Positions 9,989-18,479 of a stretch of DNA of 64,000 nucleotides are shown in pieces (the first letter of the stretch is position 1; each line of letters opens with the position of its first letter). The position numbers were made by a program, and so were the translations under genes. The stretch covers positions 12,933 through 76,932 of the forward strand of contig CAZGAK010000004.1 of NCBI GenBank assembly GCA_964523565.1, given 5' to 3'. This stretch comes from an uncultured Syntrophaceae bacterium (GTDB taxonomy: Bacteria > Desulfobacterota > Syntrophia > Syntrophales > UBA6807). A model generated the notes under the pieces. The model was given only the letters and a program-made list of their open reading frames with translations. It was not told the origin of the DNA and made no database searches.

Positions 9989-10282
9989 TTTTTTCAGCAG
10001 AAAATGGTCGCTGTCCCAATTTACTCAGACATTATTTCCTCCTTAAGATATTGTTTGGTGGCTTAATCTGTTTTAGTTGAACAATAATCAGTCTATAAGT
10101 ATCGGCTGCACACCATCCATCTGCCTCAGTTCCTTAAGTTTACTGTAAGGTCGTGTGTCCAGAAAATCATCAAAGGTTTCACAACCAATGATATAGGGGC
10201 GAAAAAATACACTTGTTGACAAAGTATCAGTGTCTCTCTATTGTGCTTTTGTGATCGTATAACTATACATTGCCATGAAGAT

Positions 10283-10432
10283 ATGAAGAAAAAAGATAAA
10301 GCACAGTATCCTGTTTCCACCCATAACTGGTCAGAAAGTGATCGGCCAGGAGAAAAATTGCTGAAGTATGGCGAGCATATCTTGAACAATGCGGAACTTC
10401 TCGCCATCCTGATCAGAACGTGTACGCCTTAA
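10283..10432 (+). pseudogene. radC: RadC N-terminal remnant
   Basis: MKKKDKAQYPVSTHNWSESDRPGEKLLKYGEHILNNAELLAILIRTCTP* matches the RadC N-terminal HhH region (ERPREKLL..G...LSDAELLAILLRTG). It stops before the JAB/MPN domain. Confidence 0.55.
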
Positions 10433-10698
10433 TTGCCGTTGTATCGTGCGACGCATTTGCTAAATTCGTGGACAGGAAGGAATTCCATTAGTTGTAAAAA
10501 TATTGTTTTCCCCGGGTTTATATGTCCTCTCCTGCTTAACTGATGCAGAAGTATGACATTCAGGAAAAGAAAATTTCAAATTGATTAATGACATTTTTCA
10601 CTAAATATTGTATGTTTTTACATTGTTATAACGTTTATCAACTATAACGTTGGGACAGTAGTAAACAATTACATATTTAGAGAAGGAAGGAGCATAAT

Positions 10699-11247
10699 AT
10701 GAGATCGTCAGTAAAGCATTACATTCTAGCAGTGGCTTGTATTTTCTTTGTAACCGCATGTGCCGTGAGAACACCTGTACAGGAAGTATCGGTCGCAGAC
10801 ATAAAGGCAAATCTCAAGTACGAAAACGTCATCTTCAGAAACTTTACGGCAAATCCCGGTGTTAAGGCCCCTGAGGGACCGATGATGGAATGCAGGCAGA
10901 GTGCAATCGATTATCTCCAGCTGAAACGTATCTATAATAAAATAGAGCGGGACAGCGGTAATTCATATACGGGACCGACCATGTATGTGGATGTGAATGT
11001 CACGAGTTTAAGAATTGTCGGCGGGGCGGCTCGCTTCTGGGCCGGGGCACTTGCAGGACGATCCAACATGAATATAGACGTTAAACTCACAGATGCTGAC
11101 GGTACGTTAATTGTACAAAAAGAATTGATAGGAGCACCGAATGCCTTCTCATCCGCATATAGCTTTGGGGGTGTCGACAGGTCACTTGCGCAAAAGGTGG
11201 GTTTTTTATTAGGTGATTTTATTCTGGCGAATTCAGCAGGAAAGTAA
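10699..11247 (+). CDS. Putative lipoprotein (tentatively DUF4410-like)
   Basis: Signal peptide with lipobox FFVTAC and a strong SD (GAAGGAAGGAG). The family assignment is from memory only. Confidence 0.65.
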   Translation: MRSSVKHYILAVACIFFVTACAVRTPVQEVSVADIKANLKYENVIFRNFTANPGVKAPEGPMMECRQSAIDYLQLKRIYNKIERDSGNSYTGPTMYVDVNVTSLRIVGGAARFWAGALAGRSNMNIDVKLTDADGTLIVQKELIGAPNAFSSAYSFGGVDRSLAQKVGFLLGDFILANSAGK

Positions 11248-11358
11248 AACGAAACCAGACGGAAGAAACCAGAGGTGCGACATGGTCTTGAATTGGTGAC
11301 ATTTCGGATTCCTCGTTTTCAAAATATATTTACAGATAAAAGCATAGAAGACAAATAG

Positions 11359-11838
11359 CTAAAAATCATCATCCTCATCATAATCGTCTTCATAATCTGG
11401 ATATTGTTCTGGCGAATCTCCAACTTTTTTTGTAATTTTGGGATATCCCTTTGAGCCAGATGCATCTTCAATTTTTAAAACACTTAATTCATGCCACCAA
11501 TCATCTCCAAAATCAAAGAGGTAGTAGAATTTACCCTTTTCATCTAAATCTAAATCCCGAATTTTCGTCTTTTCAGCGTTGTATCTTTTCTTGTGTGTGA
11601 AACCGGTAAGATCTTCCAAGTTCATCGGGTGACTTACTTCAGGAAAGTCGTAGATTTTTCGCGTACTTTTTATAGCTTTTCCCGTCAGAAAGAACGAATA
11701 GAGGTGTTCATCATACCTGTCAAATGCCTCAAAAATGGAATCATGCAAATCAGCTAAGCTTTGATTCTCAAGAATTTCGATATTTCTATAGATTCTTTTG
11801 TTATAAAAAAGAGCTGCTTTAATACAATAAACTTTCAA
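11359..11838 (-). CDS. pRiA4b ORF-3-like family protein
   Basis: 159 aa with YYLFDFGDDWWHELSVLKIE, resembling the YxYDFGDxWxHxI signature of that family. Acidic tail DYEDDYDEDDDF. Confidence 0.65.
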   Translation of the reverse strand: MKVYCIKAALFYNKRIYRNIEILENQSLADLHDSIFEAFDRYDEHLYSFFLTGKAIKSTRKIYDFPEVSHPMNLEDLTGFTHKKRYNAEKTKIRDLDLDEKGKFYYLFDFGDDWWHELSVLKIEDASGSKGYPKITKKVGDSPEQYPDYEDDYDEDDDF

Positions 11839-11930
11839 TCTGATATCCTTTCAAATCCGAATTCCGCTGCTGCTGTGGGGCGCACGGTCCTTTGCGCGTC
11901 CCTACCAACAGCATGTAACTGAAATGAATT

Positions 11931-12212
11931 TTATTGATTATCGATTTCTTTCTCAAGAATTCGAGTCAGTCTTTCAAATACCCTATCAAGTTTCTTACCG
12001 ATTTTTTTATCATCTGTATGATTTACCTCTGCAGCTATAAATCCTAACAAATCATCAAGATCATGAATTGAATATTTTGCAATTAGATGTTTTCCCTTGA
12101 TCTCTGCAATTTTTAGTCTTTTTGTAAGTCCTGGGTCTGCAAAGGTTTGATCAACGATCAAATCTCTTTCTTGAGGAGTAAATTTTATTTCAATTTCATT
12201 CATTTTTGGCAT
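11931..12212 (-). CDS. Hypothetical protein (93 aa)
   Basis: Clean ORF with coding-like composition and no recognised motif. Confidence 0.5.
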   Translation of the reverse strand: MPKMNEIEIKFTPQERDLIVDQTFADPGLTKRLKIAEIKGKHLIAKYSIHDLDDLLGFIAAEVNHTDDKKIGKKLDRVFERLTRILEKEIDNQ

Positions 12213-12322
12213 TAAAGGAACCCTTCCTATATTAATTTACAATTTTCTTTTTCGAACGTTTTGCACTTCTCGGTTTTTTGCAATCATTCAACAAAAATTC
12301 TTTAATAAAATAGGGGAAGTGT

Positions 12323-12354
12323 CCCCATATTTCCCATATTTCCCCCATATTTCC
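12323..12354. repeat. Three tandem CCCATATTT units
   Basis: ccccatatttcccatatttcccccatatttcc was read directly. It is adjacent to the GGGGAagtgTCCCC mini-hairpin and lies between two minus-strand ORFs. Confidence 0.85.
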
Positions 12355-12378
12355 GAGCGGTCCACCCTAACGATTTGG

Positions 12379-12546
12379 TCAGCGGCCGAGCGCTTGCGAG
12401 GTCCGCTGTACTAATTTATTGGCTGAATATTTTTTACGTATTTTTTTGCCCTCGCTGGAATCAGCTAAAGAAAGGCATACTAGTCTTAACTGATTCACCA
12501 TTTTTAATCGCATCGTAACAGCACGTGGACTCATCTCAATCTTCAT
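12379..12546 (-). CDS. Small basic protein coupled to the upstream nucleotidyltransferase-fold gene
   Basis: MKIEMSPRAVTMRLKMVNQLRLVCLSL.... The ATG at 12546 overlaps the upstream stop by 11 nt, and the ATG at 12534 lies 1 nt after it. The true start is uncertain. Confidence 0.45.
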   Translation of the reverse strand: MKIEMSPRAVTMRLKMVNQLRLVCLSLADSSEGKKIRKKYSANKLVQRTSQALGR

Positions 12547-13000
12547 AAGTAATACTCCTAAGATACTCAATATCGTCCTTATCCTGCCCGCTTCTACGAA
12601 GTGATTTTAGAAAAATCAACCCCTCTGGAGAAACAACCTTGAGCAGTCCTTCATCCCACTCCACCGTACGGCGACTTTCCCAGGCATTTCGGATAGCCGG
12701 GGTTACGATCAGTAAATCCAATACCAGCGTTTCTCCTGTATCTTTGTCGATTTTTGCAAGTCGATTAATTTTCACTTTACCATTTTGAAATTCCATTGGT
12801 GCGGCACGGATAGTGAAGCCCAAAGCAGTAGCTGCATCCTCAGCTTTTGATAAAGATTCAAATTCGATTAGAATGTCAATATCAAGCGTTGCCCTTGGGC
12901 GGGCATATATGGCTAAAGCCAGACCTCCACAAAGAGCATAATCAATCCCTACTTGATCAAATTTCGCAGTAAGTTTTTTTAGTTCCTCTAAAAGATCCAT
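12536..13000 (-). CDS. Minimal nucleotidyltransferase-fold protein
   Basis: 154 aa. CGGLALAIYARPRATLDIDILI fits the hG[GS]x9-13Dh[DE]h pol-beta NTase signature. Confidence 0.7.
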   Translation of the reverse strand: MDLLEELKKLTAKFDQVGIDYALCGGLALAIYARPRATLDIDILIEFESLSKAEDAATALGFTIRAAPMEFQNGKVKINRLAKIDKDTGETLVLDLLIVTPAIRNAWESRRTVEWDEGLLKVVSPEGLIFLKSLRRSGQDKDDIEYLRSITYED

Positions 13001-13038
13001 ATGAGTATCCTTATGCGATTATTCGCAGCCAATATTAT

Positions 13039-13101
13039 CAATAGACCGAAATAAATTCCGTGATATTGGTGTATATATACGGCATTATTTTCCGTCTATT
13101 G
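13039..13101. repeat. Imperfect inverted repeat upstream of the NTase gene
   Basis: CAATAGACCGAAATAA ... TTATTTTCCGTCTATTG, interleaved with CCAATAT (13029) and ATATTGG (13063). Confidence 0.6.
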
Positions 13102-13304
13102 CTATAATAAAGGCTTAATACAGAAAACATGATGGTCTCTCCGCCACCAGCGGGGTCATTTAGAGCGAAACGAGAAATCTTTAGGCCCAAACAGAATGAA
13201 AAAATAAGATTTCTCCCTAAGGTCGAAATGACAGAATCACCGAGTTTGGCTTTTTGCAAAATAATAAACTATGTAACTTATAAAAATCAGTACTAAATTC
13301 AATT

Positions 13305-13370
13305 ATGAACGTCAAGAACAAATTTAAGCCAAATTCCAATATACGTCTTATAGATCAGGTTCGTCCGTAA
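13305..13370 (+). pseudogene. Possible remnant of a tyrosine recombinase (integron-integrase-like) N-terminus
   Basis: MNVKNKFKPNSNIRLIDQVRP* resembles the (K/R)LLDQVR start of SAM-like-N-domain integrases. The +1 frame continues VIRDGFTSEQIAIG, to compare with VIRxxHYSxRTEQAY. Weak evidence. Confidence 0.3.
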
Positions 13371-13505
13371 TCAGGGACGGGTTCACATCGGAACAAATAG
13401 CGATAGGGCTGAAGATAACCAGTTGTTTCTTGCCCGTTATGATGCTAAAATTTGCACGTCAACTCGGCATTAGCACTTAACGAAAAATCAGGGGCGGGTT
13501 CACAT
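13369..13505 (+). repeat. 20-nt direct repeat pair AATCAGGGRCGGGTTCACAT
   Basis: Copies at 13369-13388 and 13486-13505 (19 of 20 identical), upstream of the VOC gene. Confidence 0.85.
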
Positions 13506-13534
13506 TTATTCATAGCACAGGGGGTGACTGAATC

Positions 13535-13993
13535 ATGATCAGTGCCGTTGACCATATCAACATCGTAGTTTCCGACCTGGAGAGGTCGGTCAAATTCTAT
13601 ACGGAATTGCTGGGATTCAGAGAAATTCGAAGGGCGCGTCTTGAAGGAAAATGGATTGAATCAGTTGTTGGCCTTCAGGATGTTAAGGCTGAGGTTGTTT
13701 TCATAGCAGCGCCTGCCGGAGAGCCCCGATTGGAGCTACTTTGTTATATTTCGCCTCACGGCAAAGTGTTTTCGGAAAACTCCACAGCAAACACAACAGG
13801 CTTGCGGCATATCGCCCTGCGTGTCGATGATATACACTCATCGGCAGAGCGCTTGAAAGAGGCGGGAGTAACAATGGTTAGCGAACCGGTTGCTGTGCCT
13901 TCAGATGTTGTAAGCCACGACTCCGGAAACAAAATACTCTGTTATTTCCTTGACCCGGACGGGACACTATTGGAATTAGCGGAGTACAGGTAA
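13535..13993 (+). CDS. VOC/glyoxalase family protein
   Basis: VDHINIVVSDLERSVKFYTELLGF N-terminal motif. 152 aa. Confidence 0.85.
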   Translation: MISAVDHINIVVSDLERSVKFYTELLGFREIRRARLEGKWIESVVGLQDVKAEVVFIAAPAGEPRLELLCYISPHGKVFSENSTANTTGLRHIALRVDDIHSSAERLKEAGVTMVSEPVAVPSDVVSHDSGNKILCYFLDPDGTLLELAEYR

Positions 13994-14036
13994 TTTTACG
14001 TGATCTTGGAGGATAATAGCTTTGCCTGAATGTTCC

Positions 14037-14594
14037 ATGAATATATCATTTTTCTACGAGTTAATACCGTCACCTCTTGGTGATGTGGGAATTGTCTGGG
14101 CTCGAAACAATGTTGCCCCGTCCGTTGTGCGCATTTTTCTTCCAAAAAAAGATGGGGCAATGGATGAAGTAATAAACAGTGAATATCCCGGTGCCGTAAA
14201 AGAGCCAAAAAATAATCCGGACAAGATTTGTTCCCAGATTCGGGAGTACCTGAAGGGACACACTGTCGAATTCTCGCTGGATTCTCTCGACATGGAACAA
14301 TGTTATGACTTTCAGAAGAGGGTTTTGCTTAAATTAAGCCAGGTCCCCAGGGGAAAGGTTGTCTCATACGGCCAACTGGCTGGTAAAATCGGCGCTCCCG
14401 GAGCAGCCCGGGCAGTAGGAACGGCCCTCGCCAGAAACCCCTTTCCCATTACCCTGCCCTGTCACCGTGTCGTGAAATCCACAGGACATCCGGGCAATTT
14501 CGGAGGCGGACGAGAGTTGAAAGAAGCTCTCCTGCGGTTAGAAGGGATTAAATTGAGCACTAAAGGGAAGATTGATCCACACTATTTCTGGTAG
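14037..14594 (+). CDS. ogt: Methylated-DNA-protein-cysteine methyltransferase
   Basis: Active-site PCHRVV with the preceding VSYGQLAGKIGAPGAARAVG. ATG at 14037 is preferred over TTG at 14022. Confidence 0.85.
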   Translation: MNISFFYELIPSPLGDVGIVWARNNVAPSVVRIFLPKKDGAMDEVINSEYPGAVKEPKNNPDKICSQIREYLKGHTVEFSLDSLDMEQCYDFQKRVLLKLSQVPRGKVVSYGQLAGKIGAPGAARAVGTALARNPFPITLPCHRVVKSTGHPGNFGGGRELKEALLRLEGIKLSTKGKIDPHYFW

Positions 14595-14617
14595 AGGAAA
14601 CACAACTTTCAATTATT

Positions 14618-14652
14618 AATTCAAAATTAAGCATTAAGAATTCAAAATTATT
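14618..14652. repeat. Heptad-periodic AT-rich tract (AATTCAA variant)
   Basis: AATTCAA AATTAAG CATTAAG AATTCAA AATTATT, between convergent ogt and proB. Confidence 0.6.
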
Positions 14653-14656
14653 ACTT

Positions 14657-15808
14657 TTACTCACGTCCTTTTTTCATCTGTTTTGACACGGCCATGTTAT
14701 CTCTGTGAATGATTTCATCGTAGGGATTGCTTCCAAGTACCTGTTTGATCTTGGATGTCTTCAATCCTCTTATCTTTTCTACATCCTCGAAATTGTAGTT
14801 TACCAATCCCTTTGCAATGATTGCTCCGCTTGTATCTATACAGGTCACGGGATCCCCGACGCAAAAATCCCCTTCAACCCTTAAAACACCGGAAGGCAGC
14901 AAACTTTTCCCCTGGAACATAACGGCATCTCTCGCACCGTCATCGATGTAGATTTTCCCTCGTGATCTTAAAGTAAAAGCTATCCAGTACTTTTTGCTTT
15001 TCAAATGCTCCGACATGGGGAGAAAGAGGGTGCCGATATTTTTGCCCGAAAATATATCGTGTATGACCCCTTTTCTTTTCCCCGGAGCAATGATGAAGGG
15101 AATACCGAAAGCGGTAACTTTTTTTGCGGCAATTACCTTGCTTTTCATTCCGCCCATTCCCACGGGGTCCGCCTCAGATGAAGCAGCAGCTTCAATTTCA
15201 TCCGTTATTTCCTTGACCAGAGAAATCAACTTTGGTTTATCTGCACTTTTGGGATCTCTATCGTACAGACCTTTGATATTAGTCAGATTAATCAGAAGGC
15301 CTGCATCCATAATATTGGCCATCATGGCGGCAAGATTATCATTATCTCCGAATTTTATTTCTTCTACAGCGACGGTATCATTCTCATTGATGATAGGAAT
15401 TACGCCCCATCCCATAAGCTCCGAGAGGGTGTTGCGCGTGTTGAGAAATCTTTTTCTGTCCGTTAGATCGCTCATATTAAGGAGAATCTGTGCTACCACC
15501 AATCCATGTTTACCAAAGGCGTTGGAGTAAACTCTCATCAACCTTCCCTGTCCGACGGCAGCCGCGGCCTGCTTCTGCGGGAGACTCTGGAGCTTATTCT
15601 TAAATCCCATCCTGTGCATACCGGAAGCGATGGCACCCGAAGACACAACAACGAACTGATAACCCTGTTTCGTAAGTTCTGCTATTTCATCGACCAACTG
15701 GTCTATGATCTCACGGTCAAGCCCATTCTTCCCCGTTAAGACACCGGTTCCGATTTTGACCAAAACCCTTTTGGCATCTTTTAATATTTCTTTTCTTTCT
15801 TTACCCAT
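14657..15808 (-). CDS. proB: Glutamate 5-kinase (with PUA domain)
   Basis: 383 aa with a RVLVKIGTGVLT N-terminus and a C-terminal PUA-like region. Confidence 0.95.
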   Translation of the reverse strand: MGKERKEILKDAKRVLVKIGTGVLTGKNGLDREIIDQLVDEIAELTKQGYQFVVVSSGAIASGMHRMGFKNKLQSLPQKQAAAAVGQGRLMRVYSNAFGKHGLVVAQILLNMSDLTDRKRFLNTRNTLSELMGWGVIPIINENDTVAVEEIKFGDNDNLAAMMANIMDAGLLINLTNIKGLYDRDPKSADKPKLISLVKEITDEIEAAASSEADPVGMGGMKSKVIAAKKVTAFGIPFIIAPGKRKGVIHDIFSGKNIGTLFLPMSEHLKSKKYWIAFTLRSRGKIYIDDGARDAVMFQGKSLLPSGVLRVEGDFCVGDPVTCIDTSGAIIAKGLVNYNFEDVEKIRGLKTSKIKQVLGSNPYDEIIHRDNMAVSKQMKKGRE

Positions 15809-16824
15809 TACGATCCCTGATCCTTATAAGACTTCATATTTCTTGCTATTTCCCATATCAAATCGTTTTTTCCTTCTCCGGTGACTGCTGAAATGGGAAA
15901 AATCTTTATACCCTTATTTTCGAAGAATTCTATTTCCGTATTTATTCTCTCCCTTGTTATGGGAAGGTCCATTTTATTAATGGCCACTATCTGCTTCTTT
16001 TCTGCCACAGACGGGCTGAAACGTACAAGCTCTTTATTTATAGTTTCAAAGTCTTCCCATGCACTGCTGTATGACTCTTTTGAAATATCTATCATGTGCA
16101 GCAGCAGGGACGTTCTTTCAATATGACGTAAAAATTTCGTGCCCAGCCCCATACCGAGGTGAGCCCCCTTTATCAGCCCGGGAATATCTGCAACGACGAA
16201 ATTCTCAAAATCGCCGTATTTGACAACCCCGAGATTTGGCGTCAGTGTAGTGAATGGATAGTCTGCAATTTTGGGTTTTGCTGCGGAGATTTTTGATATA
16301 AGAGTTGATTTCCCAACGTTGGGGAAGCCTATAATTCCAACATCTGCAAGTAGTTTTAATTCCAGATTAACCCATTTTTTTTCTCCCTCTACGCCATCCT
16401 GGGCGTAACGAGGCGCCTTGTTTGTCGAAGTTGCAAATCTGGCATTCCCCCGTCCTCCGATTCCTCCTTTTGCAACCAGATATGTCTGGCCATCTTCAGT
16501 AAGATCCGCCAGCACGGCGTCCGTGTCAATGTCTTTAACTATTGTCCCAACTGGAAGGACAACCTCCACACCCTTGCCGCCTCTGCCCGTCCGATCACTT
16601 CCTTCTCCATGACTCCCCCGTTTCGCGACATGATGTTGATTGAATTTTAAATGAAGAAGTGTTCTGTAGCCCCGGGACGCTTTGATGATAACATCTCCGC
16701 CTTTTCCGCCGTCTCCGCCATCGGGTCCCCCCCTGGGAATATTTTTTTCCCTTCTGAAGCTTACACAGCCTCTTCCGCCATCACCAGCCTTGACATAGAT
16801 TTTTGCTTCGTCGATAAATTTCAT
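15808..16824 (-). CDS. obg: GTPase Obg/CgtA
   Basis: MKFIDEAKIYVKAGDGGRGCVSFRREK, plus G1 motif GFPNVGKST. Confidence 0.95.
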   Translation of the reverse strand: MKFIDEAKIYVKAGDGGRGCVSFRREKNIPRGGPDGGDGGKGGDVIIKASRGYRTLLHLKFNQHHVAKRGSHGEGSDRTGRGGKGVEVVLPVGTIVKDIDTDAVLADLTEDGQTYLVAKGGIGGRGNARFATSTNKAPRYAQDGVEGEKKWVNLELKLLADVGIIGFPNVGKSTLISKISAAKPKIADYPFTTLTPNLGVVKYGDFENFVVADIPGLIKGAHLGMGLGTKFLRHIERTSLLLHMIDISKESYSSAWEDFETINKELVRFSPSVAEKKQIVAINKMDLPITRERINTEIEFFENKGIKIFPISAVTGEGKNDLIWEIARNMKSYKDQGS

Positions 16825-16944
16825 GATTTAAAACCAAAAAAGGTGTTAGTTATGAAATCGAACATCCAACTAACACCTTTTCATCTATTCGCTTAATTTT
16901 ATCAGTTCCAGGTACACAAAGAATAAAGAGGATTATTTATTCTT

Positions 16945-17199
16945 TTAGCAAGGGTATACACTGACCTTTTTTCTGGTTCTATCTTTCCTTTCAAATTTGA
17001 CCACTCCGTCAATCTTTGCAAAGATGGTGTAATCCTTTCCCATACCAACATTGTTACCGGGGTGTATTTTCGTTCCTAATTGACGCACAATGATAGAACC
17101 GGCAGGAATAGTTTGCCCACCGTATGCTTTAACGCCCCGTCTTTGTCCCTGACTATCTCTTCCGTTACGGGAACTTCCCTGTCCTTTTTTATGTGCCAT
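16945..17199 (-). CDS. rpmA: 50S ribosomal protein L27
   Basis: [24 protein letters not shown]. Confidence 0.97.
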   Translation of the reverse strand: MAHKKGQGSSRNGRDSQGQRRGVKAYGGQTIPAGSIIVRQLGTKIHPGNNVGMGKDYTIFAKIDGVVKFERKDRTRKKVSVYPC

Positions 17200-17215
17200 C
17201 TTTATCTATCCTCCG

Positions 17216-17527
17216 TTACATGGAAATTTCCTTGATTTTCAGTACTGTTAATTTTTGGCGGTGTCCCGTCTTTCTGCGATAACCCTTCCTTCTTTTCATT
17301 TTGAACACGGTTATCTTCGGACTTTTCGTTTCGGTAACAATCTCACCGGTAACTTTCGCACCCTCGACAACTGGAGTTCCTACTTTTATATCACCGTCCC
17401 TGGAGACCATCAATACATTATCGAATAATACCGTGTCGCCCTTGTTTCCTTCAATTTTTTCAACTTTCAGGAGTTCGCCCTCGGAAACTCTATACTGCTT
17501 CCCCCCGGTTTTTATGACTGCGTACAT
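17216..17527 (-). CDS. rplU: 50S ribosomal protein L21
   Basis: [24 protein letters not shown]. Confidence 0.97.
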   Translation of the reverse strand: MYAVIKTGGKQYRVSEGELLKVEKIEGNKGDTVLFDNVLMVSRDGDIKVGTPVVEGAKVTGEIVTETKSPKITVFKMKRRKGYRRKTGHRQKLTVLKIKEISM

Positions 17528-17562
17528 AATTAAATCCTTTTAGAATGAAGTTCGAATCGTCT

Positions 17563-17590
17563 ATTATAAAAATTTATTATCGTTTGTCAA
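17563..17590 (-). promoter_or_regulatory. Sigma-70 promoter of the rplU-rpmA-obg-proB operon
   Basis: On the minus strand: TTGACA (17590-17585), 16 nt, then TATAAT (17568-17563), 36 nt upstream of the rplU ATG. Confidence 0.6.
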
Positions 17591-17796
17591 TAGTTAATTG
17601 CTTGAAAGATGACCAATAATGATTTTAAATTAAAAAATACTGATAGATTTCGATATCAGGCATGAAACAATTTATTGCCCTCCTCAAATCCTGGTTTTAA
17701 GATGCCTGATATTTATCTTTACTACAAAATACAATCGATATATTATAATTTCCGATTGAATGATTACAGAAAATATCCGGGACATAAGAGGGCTTT

Positions 17797-17961
17797 ATGA
17801 TAGACAAAATTACAGATTTTTTCAACCAATATTATTCTCAATTTATGGAGTGGTACAATGGATTAGAACAGGCGTCTCAATATGGTGTTATTGTTGTGTC
17901 CTTTCTCGTAATATTTACGGTGATTGTATTTTTCATGTTGTCAATAATAGCGAAAAGATAA
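17797..17961 (+). CDS. Possible small membrane protein (54 aa)
   Basis: Hand-translated as MIDKITDFFNQYYSQFMEWYNGLEQASQYGVIVVSFLVIFTVIVFFMLSIIAKR. It has one clear TM helix and is more plausible than the overlapping track ORF 17760..17993. Confidence 0.3.
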   Translation: MIDKITDFFNQYYSQFMEWYNGLEQASQYGVIVVSFLVIFTVIVFFMLSIIAKR

Positions 17962-17991
17962 AGAAAATTCGGTGTTGTGGCGGCAAAGCGT

Positions 17992-18032
17992 GAGTTCGAA
18001 GAAGAAACATTGAACATTCTGCAAAGGTCTCA
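17992..18032 (+). mobile_element. Solo terminal fragment of MITE family 2
   Basis: ATTGAACATTCTGCAAAGGTCTCA is identical to the right end of the 45922-46065 copy. Confidence 0.55.
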
Positions 18033-18038
18033 AATTCA

Positions 18039-18257
18039 TTAGATGCCTTCATCTTCTATGTCCGGGAAGCTGGGGTCCTCTTTTGATAAAAAAGCCGATA
18101 TGCCATGATAGCATTCCCCGGATGTAATGAGAGTAACAGCTCTCTCTGTTTCCAATTCGAGGGTCTCCTGTAAGGGCATATCGCCGGTTGACCGAATTAC
18201 TTCCAAGTGGTATTGTAAGATCTGACCCCCAGCAGGTAACCCCGATAGAACAATTGG
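18039..18257 (-). pseudogene. Enoyl-CoA hydratase (crotonase) C-terminal remnant
   Basis: Minus frame reads ...LSGLPAGGQILQ...ETLELETERAVTLITSGECYHGISAFLSKEDPSFPD*, which resembles the crotonase C-terminus (T.D..EG..AFleKR.P.F). It has no start, an upstream in-frame stop and an apparent internal deletion. Confidence 0.45.
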
Positions 18258-18479
18258 ATTTTCCTTGATTTTCTAATTTTCACTGGTATATATATGCGAT
18301 AAAAGAGGAAAGGGCAAAGAGGGATAATATTCAAGTTCACTTCTGATCCGGTTTTCACAACCACAGTGCGCCTATAATCAGGACAAAACACAAAAAAAGG
18401 GTGTCGTCGTACGGCTGTCCCTGTTTTTCCAGTATATCCGTAAAAACAAGCAGGATTTTATGTTGTTGAAAGGCACAAG

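Noticed and set aside
9302-10080. ORFs 9302..9805 (-), 9762..10046 (+) and 9817..10080 (+)
   Set aside because: They are antisense to mntP or run through the TIR element and its GC-rich hairpins, with Pro/Arg/Gly-rich composition typical of non-coding GC stems.
10126-10407. 93-aa minus-strand ORF
   Set aside because: It is antisense to the radC remnant and its promoter-like TTGACA/TATTGT region, with no supporting features.
11866-11912. Bulged GC-rich hairpin (GCTGCTGTGGGGCGCAC...GCGCGTCCCTACCAACAGC) considered as an integron attC site; likewise the GTTAGGG near 12365
   Set aside because: I could not pair RYYYAAC/GTTRRRY cores at the expected positions by eye. It may simply be a terminator or stabiliser hairpin, and needs a covariance-model search.
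13038-13259. 73-aa minus-strand ORF upstream of the NTase gene
   Set aside because: Low-complexity and AT-rich, it spans the inverted repeats and looks like promoter or leader sequence.
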